From the NCBI GenBank assembly GCA_963924565.1, contig OZ004609.1, positions 22,072,001 to 22,136,000 of the forward strand: a stretch of 64,000 bases of DNA, in the 5' to 3' direction. This document shows, piece after piece, positions 1 to 12,113 of this stretch (position 1 is its first letter; the number at the start of each line of letters is the position of its first letter). A program made the position numbers and the translations under genes. Below the pieces are notes generated by a model. The model did no database searches and was not told where the DNA came from. It worked only from the letters and a program-made list of their open reading frames with translations. The stretch comes from Ascidiella aspersa. Lineage: Eukaryota.

Positions 1-14
1 ATTAAATAAACCTG

Positions 15-3000
15 ATGGGTCGCTCATCAAAAGACAAGCGTGATGTTTATTACCGCCTTGCAAAAGAAGAGGGTTGGAGAGCTCGAAGTGCATTTAAACT
101 GCTGCATTTGGATGAAGAGTTTAACTTGTTCCATGATGGGGTGAAACGTGTTGTGGACCTTTGTGCTGCTCCTGGCAGCTGGAGCCAGGTCCTAACTAGA
201 AAACTTAGGTAGACTGAGTTTATCAGCCGTGTTTTGGTATAAATATATGAAATTGTTGTTTTATGTTTTAGTCTTTAAATCGGGACATGGTGCATCATAA
301 ATACTTTTAATTGATTTGAAATAAGTCTTACCTATAGAATTGTCATTACTACAAATTAGAGATTGACCTATATCAGTCTTTTAGACCAATACCGGTATCC
401 GATTTTTAACAATTTTGTCAAGCGATACCAAATACAGATACCGATTTATTTTATATACCTAGGAAGTGTTCAAAACTTGAATTAATTGAAAATAAAATCC
501 AAATAACGTTTTAGTTTATATAGGAGAAGGCGGGGCAAAACGGACCCCTTAAGACCGTGGTTCTCAAACTGGGGTCCGCGAGACAATTTTCTGGGACCGC
601 GAAGCACCTAACAAAAAATCTAAACGACGCTCGTGAAGAAGAAAACCTCTTTTGCAAAAAAAATTCAGGAAACCTACTTTTCCAAAGCAAGCTGATTAGT
701 TGTTCATTCCCGTTATTGTACACTTTGAGTTGAATTGTCCATTGTGACGTCATAGTATTGTATTGTGCTAATGAGAGTTACGTTTTTACAGCTTTCTACG
801 CTGTCACTGTGGGCTGTACGGTTAGTCAGTCACGGTTTTAAAACTGTTTGTGATTGCTTCACACAAAAAAAGTGATTCTTAGAGGTTAACATAGCTGAGC
901 TGATAGCAAAGAAGCAAGTACACCCATTCCATTGATAACATTAAAAACAAGTGTTATTTTATATATATTTTTAAGGGACCATGAGCAATTGAAAAAGTTG
1001 CTGAGGGACCGTTGCGCAATTTTTCTAAAAAAGTTTGAGAACCACTGCCTCAAGAGATAATGCTATACATTGAGTTTCACAAAATATTTTTTGATGAGTA
1101 GGGTATTAACTTAAAGGTCTTACTGAAAGATACTCATGTGCTAAACAAAAACTGAAAGAAGCATACATTCTGAATAAAGTAACCTTTGCTGTCGATTTTT
1201 ACACGGGGCAAAACGGACCCCTGGTTGGGCAAAACGGGACCCACTAATAAAATAGAATTTAATTGCCTTGTTGTGTTGAAATTCCGGATCAAGGATTTTT
1301 GTTTGAGGGGCGCATAACAATTTTCTGAGATATTGTCACAAGTTACGTCATAATTTAAGTAATGGTATACATAGCGCCGTATAGGTTGAAAATAATTTGC
1401 ACAAGTAGGCCAAAACCACAAAATAGCACTATACTAAGTAACATTGCAACTAGATAATAAGTTACATGGTTGTAAATAGGCCGTACGTAACTGCCATATA
1501 TTTCTCCCAATATATACCAACTCACAAGTACTAAAACAAATAGCAATCGAGCTTTTTTACAACAGATCTTGGTAAAATTTCTGATTGTTTGGCCTTCCTA
1601 CAAAATTGATCAAAACATGATTTCTTTAAAATTTTTCAACTTAAAAAGCCAACTGTGTCGGATTAATAAACAGACTCTTATATTTGGCCACAAACGTTTT
1701 TTCGACAATAGTCGCTGTTCAGCAAACAAATATTGACGATGGCAGTTTTTGTTAACGATAAAAGTGAGGGGTCTGTTTTGCCCCTGGGTTCCGTTTTGCC
1801 CCGCTTCCCCCTACCTTTATTATAATTAAACTAAATTTTGTATACTAACTTGGTGTGAAGCTAGAACTCAATTTGTTTATCAAAAAATGGGTAAGTTGTG
1901 TGTTGTACAGCAAAAATTATATAATATTTTAGTAGTTAAATATCGGCCAAAGTATTGGCCTATATTTACCGTTAACAATATATCAGAAGAAACCAAATAT
2001 CAGGCTGGCAGAATCTTGCCAGCCTTCTGGTGACAAGCATTTTAGGCGTAAATTCTTCGTTTTTTGGTCGTGCCCCAAAACTTAAATGGTGTGTTTGTCA
2101 AAGGAATGTAACAACCTTGCCACGTTTAGGCGATAAACAAGACTATTAAGAAGTAAATGAAATAATAAAAAGTTAAAAAAAATGTTTTGTGACATAAAGA
2201 AATACATATGGGTTATGCTGAAGTACAGACTGGGGGGTGCACATGTATTCTTTTCGTACTCTAACACTGTTACATAGATAAGCTGTTTGGGGGCAAACTC
2301 ATGTGCACACGTGCAACTCAAAATCTGATTGAAAAGCGAGAAAAAAATCAAGTTGGGAGATATTTTTTTTTGAACTGGAATAAATTTTTAATAAAAAAGA
2401 ATAACGGTGTGTTATAATCCAAGTTAATAGAAATTGTTTGCTGAAATTACAGTCACACAGTGAAGTGCAACATGCCATAGTATGCATATTATCTCTTGGC
2501 TGAATAGATATCCTTCAGAGACGCAACCATAGCTAAACGAGGCCGGAATTTGCGCGAAGCGCGAAAAATGTTTGCTTTTTTCTTTATTCATTTTAAAAAA
2601 TATTGGATTGAATATGTGTAGAACAAGCACACATTTTTTTTTGGAAAATTGATCTTTAAAAAAAAATAAAAAATTTCCTTTTTTTTCTTTTTTTTTACTT
2701 TTTTTTGGACCAATTTCTTTAGTTTTCTGGCTTATTCTTCGGCCGACATAGTCGCCAAGTCGCCAGCCTTCTGCCATACTGCCAAATATCGGCGGATATT
2801 ATCGTTAAACCGATGTATCAGTCTATCTCTACTACAAATTTACCATAAATATATATTTGGAGCACCAGACCAATAAATTCATTCTATAATTGTTGTTTAG
2901 AAAACCTGATGATGAACAAAGTGATGTGAAAATAGTTGCTGTTGACTTGCAAGCAATGGCTCCATTGCCAGGAGTGATACAGCTGCAAGGAGATATAACT

Positions 3001-6000
3001 AAGGTCAGTATTTATCTATGATGATTTGATAAATAAAAATGTTAATGTATTATATTGATCGTATTATAATTTTTATGTGTTTTATTTAAATTAGCCATAA
3101 TAATTGCTCTTACTTGCTACTATGTAAATTAAAATAAATGGAATTTCAGGTTTCTACCTCACAAAGCATTATTTCACATTTTGAAGGAGAACCGGCAGAT
3201 TTGGTTGTGTGTGATGGTGCACCTGATGGTAAGTTAAATTCCTAGTTGTAACTTGGATTGCACGTTATTTAAAATATAAAAAATTAGTAATATTTTGAAA
3301 ATGAAAACAAAAATAATCTGGTTTAATTGTAATTATTTATGAACAATTATCTATGTTTAACCCTCACACATACTTGTTACATATGATTGTTGTTTAAATT
3401 TGGGTCAATGATTTTATGCGCAGTAACTGGACTTCATGATATTGATGAATATATACAGGCTCAACTTCTTCTTGCAGTAAGTTTTGATCAAATAAACTAG
3501 ATTTTTATTTAGGGAGAGGACATAAAAAATCTAACATATGATGTCACATAATCAACCAGTAAAGTGAAAATAGCCTGAAGCTCGAAAAATGCGTCTATTT
3601 GGCTTCAGTTGGCTTTGTTTAAAAGCTCCAAAGCTTTTTTGGCTTGTGGCACTGTACAAAAATTATAAATTGTTTGGGCACCATCACTAGTGTTTGTGCT
3701 CAGTGGTTTATTTAGGTTTTGCAAAATTCCCGGGAATTTTCGGAAACTTAATGGCCTTTACTGTTTAGATTAAAAGTATTATGTATAACTAAAATACTTG
3801 GTTTAGTTTATTAACTGCAAAAATGAATCATCACTAGGGCCCGCAAAAGTCAATCAAGTCAAAATTTTTTAAGGATCTCATCTATCCACGAATCAAAGAA
3901 TAAAGTTGTTTCAGCACCTAGGGAAGTTTCGTGTTAACAAGAAGTTAATAGGTCCAAATACAGTTAAATGTACAATAAAATCAACATTTTCAATAAAGTC
4001 AAAATTTGTCACATTATGGCTTTTCTTGAGAGTAATTTTTGTAAAAAATGTTGTGGAAGCGTTGTAAATCAGGAACTGCAACACAATTAAGCCATATTAA
4101 CCCTTAAAAGCAAGAGGTCACAATGCCCACTTGGATCAGCAGTAAATTTTATCGCAAATTGTCCATTTTTTTTATTCATTGTTGCATATTTATATAATTC
4201 TTATAAAACACTTCCTATTCATAAACGTGGTCTTTTCAAAGATCAACAGTTTGGATTTTAGGAATAGCCTACAGACATTCTGTAATACAAAAGTGCCTAA
4301 GCAAGCTAAATCTATCGCTTTCATAATCCATAAAACACCTTGACTTTTCGACAAAATGTTACGTTTGGGTCTTAAATCGACAAAATATTATGTTTGGGTA
4401 ACTGGCATCAATTCAAGGAAGAACTGTGGCCTCTACAAATAAGCAATTTCGTTAAGTCAAAATTTAATAAACAATAAAGTCAAAAAAAGTTTTTTTTTAG
4501 GTAAAAATAAAAATGGCCCTAATCATCACCAATCTTTTTTTACAAACAGAAACAACACCGACTGGTCTGGGCCAAAATATCCCCCAGCTTGCGGTAGCTG
4601 AATCTTTAACATTTGTGGTTTTCTTAGGTACAAAGTCATTGTACTAGTTACTGCCGTTTAGCATCTACTCCTGCTCGGCTAGAAATGCTCAAGATAGGTT
4701 TTCAATATTTTTTTCTGGTTGATGAAATATTTAACAAATGTTTCAAACATAATAAATGCCAAATTTGAAAATTCCCAATATTCACATTATTCCCGTTCCC
4801 TGGTTCTTCAAAATTCCCGGAAAGTTTTCTAAATTTCCGGAAACTTTACAACCCTAGGTTTACTGTAACTCACAATAAACAAGATTGAAATAGCACACAC
4901 CAACTGTGCACAAGGTTAAAAAAACTTCAATTGTTTTACACTAATCGCACAGAAAAGTTTGTATTAAGAAGCATAAAAATAGGGCAAAATTTTAAATTCA
5001 AAGAATTTTGAAATATATCTCAGCACCCTTGCATTACAAATGGCATGTGAAACCCTGGGGTTAGACGCAGCTGTTGCAAGGATTCGGCGAGAACGACATC
5101 TGAAACATAAATGCTGTTGTTTCAAGCTAAATTTGAATATCTTTTATGCCCCAAGGTGTCATGTAACGTTTTAAATTAAAAGTTTGGTTAATTTAACCTA
5201 TATAAATGCAAGTTTATAATTTGATTGTACACAGTTTAAGCTCCTAGGAATAAAAAACAAATCGTGAGCGAAAATTTTGGGTTCAACGAAAGCTTGCAGA
5301 AAAACATAGTGGTTCGTACAGGTTGCCAAAGGTTAAGAACCACTGCCTTAGAAGTACACTGCCTAAAAAATTAGGACTATATGATTTTCACAACTAAATG
5401 GCTGCACCTCAATCATGTGAAAAGTTTGAAGCGCAAAAAAGCATACCTTACGTCAATCTTGTTTTAAAAGTTGGATAAGTGTTATTCGGAATACAATGGC
5501 CATACTGCAATGGTGTATGGAAAATTGCATTAATTGGATAATTTGGCAGAACGGTATATTATTCGTTTTATAGTATGTTTTACATTATGATATGGCAATA
5601 TTTTGGGTACCAAGGCGCAGTGTAATATTTCACCTTAAAAACAAATATCCTGAATCCGCCACTGTTTTCGTTGTGGTTTTACATAGTGGGCCTTAGGTCT
5701 GAAAAGAGTACTTAAGGCCGCGACAAAAAAAGTTTGCCAACCACTGCTATAAACGATTAATTATTTTCTGCAGGCTCTAAACATCACAACACATGTGTTA
5801 AAAATAGGAGGAACATTTGTTGCAAAGATTTTCAGAGGTTGTATTACAGCTTTATTTTTTTTATTGTAACTACTCAATTAGACTGATAACTAATGTTTTT
5901 TTCTAGGCAAAGATGTGTCACTGCTCTATTCACAGTTAAGACTTTTCTTCAACAAAGTTACCTGTGCAAAACCAAGAAGCTCTAGAAACTCAAGCATTGG

Positions 6001-6909
6001 TAACAGTCATATTATGTGTTATGTTACTTCCACAAAGCAAGCATGCGAATTTGTAGTTAAAAGTGTTTCCCAAGTAAAAAGGGACAAATAAAATACAGGA
6101 CTTCCCTATCAAAGATTAATACGTATTTTTAACTTTTTTTAATGAGCAATGTTTTGGGTGTCTATTTTTAAAACGAAATGCCTACTGAAGAACATAAAAA
6201 CCCGCAGAGGCTTTTGTTGTCTGTGAGAACTACAATCCACCAAAGGACTACATTCCGAATATGTCCAACCCTCTCCTTGACATGGACTATGATCTTTATG
6301 AAAATCAACTGGAAGGTCCCAATAGGGTGATTGCACCGTTCTTAGCCTGTGGAGATCTCAGCGGATATGATGCAGACCGCACGTATCCCCTAAAGGTCAT
6401 TTCATTTTTGAAATTAAAACGTTTGTTGTCGCTATGAGATTGTTTTATTCTTGGTTAATAAGTTTTCAGCCCAAACCTATTGAGGCGAAGATTTATTTCG
6501 TCATTTTAGTATTTTCAAACAATTGTTGTAATTCAATGTAGTATTCAAAATGCATGTTGCCAAATATTTTAAATCATCCAGATTCCAGAGTAAACTCGAA
6601 TATTTTTTTCTACAGTTGGAGGGCATTGGAGAGTATACGTACCATCCACCAACTCAGGAGCCCATCAATCCTCCTTACAAGCACGCCTGCCACTTAAAAT
6701 CCAACTCCTTACTGCCCCAAGAAAGCTCTGTACGCGAGGTGGTGGCAGAAGAGGGTGACGTCCCCGCGATTTCCGGAGATAAGAAATGCGGCTTTAAACA
6801 AGAAGCACCTACATCCGAAACGAATACCGACGCTGCAAACGAACTTGTCGAGGCTATTCAAGATTTAAATTTGCCTAAAAGTATTTCTGAGTTTCCTGGT
6901 GATACGTAA
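15..6909 (+). CDS. FTSJ1: tRNA (C32/G34) 2'-O-methyltransferase FTSJ1/Trm7, 8 exons
   Basis: Exons 15-208, 2901-3003, 3150-3228, 3424-3476, 5774-5837, 5907-5999, 6208-6395, 6616-6909; all GT-AG and phase-consistent. Hallmark peptides: [97 protein letters not shown]. Confidence 0.96.
523..1811. mobile_element. Tc1/mariner-pogo-like MITE, TA-flanked
   Basis: TIR ggagaaggcggggcaaaacgg / ccgttttgccccgcttccccc flanked by TA at 521-522 and 1812-1813; internal GGGGCAAAACGG repeats near 1205-1240. Confidence 0.75.
555..1047. mobile_element. hAT (Charlie-like) MITE nested in the pogo-like element
   Basis: TIR ccgtggttctcaaact / agtttgagaaccactg; 8-bp TSD CCTTAAGA/CCTCAAGA (7/8). Confidence 0.85.
2001..2781. 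mobile_element. hAT-type MITE
   Basis: TIR caggctggcagaa / ttctgccatactg; perfect TSD CCAAATAT at 1993-2000 and 2782-2789. Confidence 0.85.
3713..4856. mobile_element. hAT-type MITE in FTSJ1 intron 4
   Basis: Imperfect TIR taggttttgcaaa / tttacaacccta, subterminal TTCCCGG motifs, TSD GGTTTATT/GGTTTACT. Confidence 0.75.
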
Positions 6910-9900
6910 TGTTGTCGCAAGGCTGTATTTTTTATTGCTCTATGGTGAAACCGTCTTATGAAACTTGCGCAAAATAAACTAAACGCAGATTTTTCGTATA
7001 TGGTATGTTTTTTTGTGTGTATAAATCGGTAATTTTTAGTGTTTTTTTCACTTTGGTGCTCTTCGGGTGTATTAACCAGATCAATTTGGCTGAAATTGCA
7101 TCTTGGAAAGTCAGGGCGTTTAGCCGAAAGTCACAGTGAAAACCTGTAAAACAATACTTCCTAGCAGCGCGATATATTCTTTCGTACATTTGCTTTAAAA
7201 GCAAATTTAACTTTTAAGTTCGCAAAACAGCCATTTTATAAGGAAGGTTCCGTTATAGGACGCTCTGTGGCTTCTTTCAAACAGGTTTAACACATGCCAA
7301 AAAACTAGGCGTTCTTGCCACTCCCTGGATCCGAATTTGATGAGCGATAGAAACTGGTTTATTTCATGGTATAACAGGAAAATGTGATCATAACCAAATA
7401 ATTGCAGTATGCTTACTGTTCGTTGGTCACTTAGATTTCTTTGAACAAAACCTCAAAGGTACGCATTGCAATAATTTAACAGTGCTTCGCGGGCCACGAA
7501 CAAAGATGTCATGTGGCCCGCGGACCTGGGTTTGGACCACCCTGATTTAGGTAATGACTTAACTGATTAATTCGCCTTATTATTGTACGAAAAGATTTAT
7601 TTTCACTTTCACAAAAAAGTTCAGAAATTCTCATTTTTCAGAATTATAGTTTCTTGAAAAAAAATTTGTTTTTTATAAAATCCAGTATTAGGCTAAGCAG
7701 AGTATAAGTTCGACGTTTTACCTTGGGTCCCAACGTATGTTATATATCTTCCTTTTATATTACTGTCGTCCATTTTTTTTCTTTCAACGTCGTTTTTTTA
7801 AACACGCCCGATATCTCAGCAAGCGCGCAATCAAAAATCCTTTAACGATTACTTTGCCCGGCGAGATTACGAGCGCAGCACCAATTATATAAGCTGTTAC
7901 CGTGGGGGGAGATGCGAAGATTGGAGTTTTATTACGGATCTAAAATCTCAAGGCAGCCTCGAAAATGGCGGGAATCGGCCGAGGGACGCAGCTAATTCCC
8001 TCGCGAAGTAATGGTCAGCTGCGAAGTTTTCCGCTGTGTAAGCTTGCAGTTACGATTGGCGACGACGCGACACCGTTCGCAGTCAACAATATCTTAATAG
8101 TGTTAAATAGTTACTGTGGTGCGAATTCTGCCACCTTGCTAATCCGCTTTTAACTTTTTTCTAGTAGTTTGCCCCATGGTGATAGTAACGCGAGAAAATT
8201 ATGACGACGTGCAAGCAGTCTATACCCTGGGAAACATATAGGCGTCTTATAATTAGTTTGTTGATGGTATTTTTGTGTCACAGCTTATAACGTATATGGA
8301 CGTAAATTCTGTGCCATGCACCTGATAATTACTTCATCTAGTCCAGTCACAAAAACACAAGACAAAGGTAATACAAGCTAGATCGCACCTGCGTGGTCAC
8401 TGGTTATCCAACAGTAAAAAACAATGTTAGGCCTCCTACTGTACAAGATACAAATGCTAAATGAAAATCGATTGTAAATTTAGCTAAAATTTATCAAATT
8501 ACCGCTAAATATACGTTGGTACATCGCCAGTTGTCGGTCGAACAGAGCCGGATGTGCCAATCAATTTAATAGGCTATTGGCCTAGTAAACCTCTGCTGGT
8601 ATCTGAAACCCATTAAAATTAGTTCGTCATGCAGGAATTGTAAAAGTGCATTTTTGCCAAAGAATAAAGCAACTAAATTGGGTCCCCTTTCTATATTTCT
8701 ACGTGTGCTAAGTCGTAGAGTTTACAAAATGCAACCTTCTACCTAAATTATTAACCAGACGGAGAAAACCGCGACTCGCGAGTCGCACGCGGCTCTTTGA
8801 CCTGTATTTGGCGGCTCTGGTTGGCTGGTTGGCGGCTCTGGTAAGAGTAACATACATAAAGTTGTAAGAGAGGTGTACCTTATTTTAAAACTATGTTTTG
8901 TTTGCTAAAAAGTATTTTAATGTGTCAAAAAAATAATGCTTTCTTGTGGAAACCCGTGTTAAACTATTTCCTCTTTGATGTAACATCACAGTATTGCTGC
9001 TTCAAATAACTAACTACAACAATGTTCAGCTGTTGCAATGGCTTTAAATAAAACAGTCCTTTATAAATATATATAATTCATCATTTATTACATTATTTTT
9101 ATTTTTTTTAGCCGCCACAGCCCACTCTCGCGTGGTTGGGCAGCAATAAACAAATGAAAGCAAATAAAAAATGAACCCATTTAAAGCGTCTCGTGTGTGA
9201 AAAAAACAAATCCATCCATGGTATAAACTTTTCAGGTGTTTGTAAGGGCAAAAAGCTTTCTATTGATTGACATGGAATGGAACACTCAAAATAACCATAC
9301 TTTTAGCACATTTGTGTTAACTTCGCGGAATAATATGCTCAACCGTAATGACTTAATATGCTCCAAATGTAATAAGTTTTGGTAAAAATTAATAAGGTTA
9401 TTCAGGTTGCATCAAGAATTGATTTCGCGTGAAGGTTAAAAAAGCTTTAGATACCTTTTTCCCAAGGATTTCCTCTCCGGCGAAGTGGAGCAACATGAAA
9501 GCGGTGACGTTCACTGCAGGTCCCATAGCGATTTTACGGTCGGTTATGTCTCCCTTGTCGCCGGGGAACGCATGGCCGCGTCAGCGAGGTTTCAAACAAT
9601 GCTGCCTGCTGCAGACGAGGAGCGAAAAAAGGGGATTCGAAATTTACGAGTGCATTGTTCGGGCCTTGGAAGTCGAGCCAAGCGCTTGTCGACCTCTTTG
9701 ACGGCGATGAGCGATTTCTTTTCGCGTCGGTACGCCACCGTGGATAGTGACGCGCCGTTAGAACGCGCGTCGCTCTTATTTGACTTAAAATCACGTGATA
9801 CACAGTCCTGAAAATTCCCACCAGGCAACGAAGGTGTGGCGAGTTTTTTTCGCTTGGACAAACGCTTAAAATCAAGCGTCACCCCTCTGTTCGCAAGTCA

Positions 9901-11339
9901 TGCTTGTTTATTTATACATACAACATATAGTTGAAACTAGGAGGTACATTTTTTTAAAAATATTGGATTTTGTCTATTAAAAAAATTTTACCTGGATTTG
10001 CATCAATCTAGTACTCGTTTAAATAATAACATTAATCAGCTACAGAACTGACAAACAACTGTGGCCCAGCTAAAACTTTTGTGGAATTCAAATGCAATTT
10101 ACATGAAAGCCGCCATTATTTTTCGATTTTCAGGTTCTTCTGCATTTTTGTAAGTTTAAACCCGTTTCCTGGTGAAAGTTTCATTCTGCCTTCCCTGAAT
10201 AAGCTATTCGAGGGACGATAAATAAATATATACTAATTTAATTTAAAAAAGAAAGAAAGGTTCGTTTTTAACACCCTATGCGCCACAACTCTAAATGCAA
10301 TATACATACTTGCGTCAATTGCTAACATACATAGTGGAATATTAGTTTGTGACATACTGTATATCCATTATTAATCGTTATTCCGACAACCATACGTCGT
10401 CACGCTATAGGGAAGCCCCGTTCGTTTGTCTAGTAACTAGTTGTTATGGAGCGTCGCATCGCAAAACATATTTTGATGCCCCAGTTCAAATTTTGCGTCC
10501 TGAACAGCAGGACGCCGCGTCACAAAGCCCATTCACAGACACCGCGCGGGAGCAGGCGAATCAGCTGACCAGCCCACTAGCAAAATCGAATTTCGCGCCC
10601 TGGTACGAGGGTTGACAAGGAGCGTCACCAAACAAATGTATTTGTTTGTACTGTCGAGGTAAATCGTTTGACGGCGCATCCGACTGTTATTCACGTCATG
10701 ATAAATTCCGGGGCATTTAAACGGTCGCTTACAACAAGTGAGAAACTTAAGCCAATCTCGGACAATGGGCTATTATTTTCTAAAGCCTTCAGTTGGCGGT
10801 AGACCTGGGTTAGAATCGATTTTCTTGAGGGCTACAGGACGCGATCGGACTTGCGAACAATGCTTGGCAAGCGGGATATGGTAGCCCTACTTTTCGGCTT
10901 TGGGCCTGTGCTGGTTTGGTACCTATCGCTTCCTTTTCGGTCGAGTTGTGTCAGTAGATACAACAAACATACGAGCTGCAGCATGCAGGGACAGGATGCT
11001 AAATGTTTACAGTATAAAGCGAACAAGCCGTCCATGTGATAGTCGAACACCTACATAAGCTAAATACATGTTTCTTTGTCATCTATATTTAGTTCAAATC
11101 CCAATAGCCAACAAGTCGGTCATGTAAAAACTTGTCCGTTTCAGAGACGCCTAAATGATTTACATCCAGTTATTTTGGTATATTTTTACAGCACTAAATT
11201 CTTCTGGTGGTAGTTAAGAACATTAATTATAAAATTTAAATATCAAAGAAAAAATATTTTCTCTGTCTTTACTCTGCGTAAGTTTAAAAACAAGCCGAAT
11301 CGATATCATGAACCGCAATTATCGCGCCGAGAATTGGTA

Positions 11340-11545
11340 ATTTGTATTGCGCCGCCAAATTCGCTCCAGCCAGTTGGCCGCGCAACTTGGTTTCTTTTTT
11401 CTCCTATGGAGCGCCGTCATTAACAGAGAAGAAAAAACCTCGAGCGCGAGAGGGAAAAGGCGAGCGCGTCTGCACGTGACGAAATTCGCGACTTTGATTG
11501 GTTTGCGCCAAGCGGGGCATTTAAAAAGCCTTATTCAAACTGAAA
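11340..11545 (+). promoter_or_regulatory. cyclin A core promoter (E2F-like, E-box/CRE half-site, CCAAT, CDE/CHR)
   Basis: GCCGCCAAA near 11350; CACGTGACG 11473-11481; ATTGG 11497-11501; GCGGGG followed by TTTAAA at 11512-11525; TTCAAA (reverse CHR) at 11534-11539. All lie upstream of a putative non-coding exon ending at the donor at 11961/11962. Confidence 0.6.
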
Positions 11546-12113
11546 TAGAAACGCCTCTCGTTTCTTTTGCTTCAGGGATTTTGGCGTCATCGGTTGAGGT
11601 ACAAGCTTGCTTCGACGCGGATAAAACAATCAGGAAAAACGCGTCGTCCTGGAGACCCGTGTGTTTACCGCAGGCAGATAGTTTTATCTAAAATAAGCTG
11701 CTGAAAAGACAAGGCGTATTATTAGTATTCCTGTTCATCCTGCTGAAGTTAGTTCAAAGTGGGATGCCTGAAGAAAGCCGAAAATTTTAAGTTTAAATTG
11801 GTTGGCCATCATCAGCAACAGTTGCGTGGAATGTGTAATTGCTGATTGGAATTTGCAACTAAAAAAGAAAAAAAGGATTCATTCCAGGTTGAGCTGAAAA
11901 CTGAAGTTGAAAATACAGTTAGTTGAAGTCGTCACAGCCTCAACTAACTATCAACAAGAAGGTAAATTTTACTTAACCATTTGATGTAGTTTTTTTCTTT
12001 GCAATAATAGTGATCATGGTTTTATTCTATTAATGTAATGTAATGTGATGTGATGTTACAATGTATATGGTTTATTTCAGATTTACCCCACACCAACTTT
12101 CAACTCCTTTAAA

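Larger units (their letters stand above)
357..2831. mobile_element. non-autonomous hAT-type element in FTSJ1 intron 1 (outer element of a nest)
   Basis: TIR tagagattgacc / agtctatctcta; perfect 8-bp TSD CTACAAAT at 349-356 and 2832-2839. Confidence 0.85.

Noticed and set aside
9429-9882. Four overlapping ORFs of 90-113 aa on both strands
   Set aside because: No recognisable domain or splice-linked context; expected by chance in a GC-rich regulatory block.
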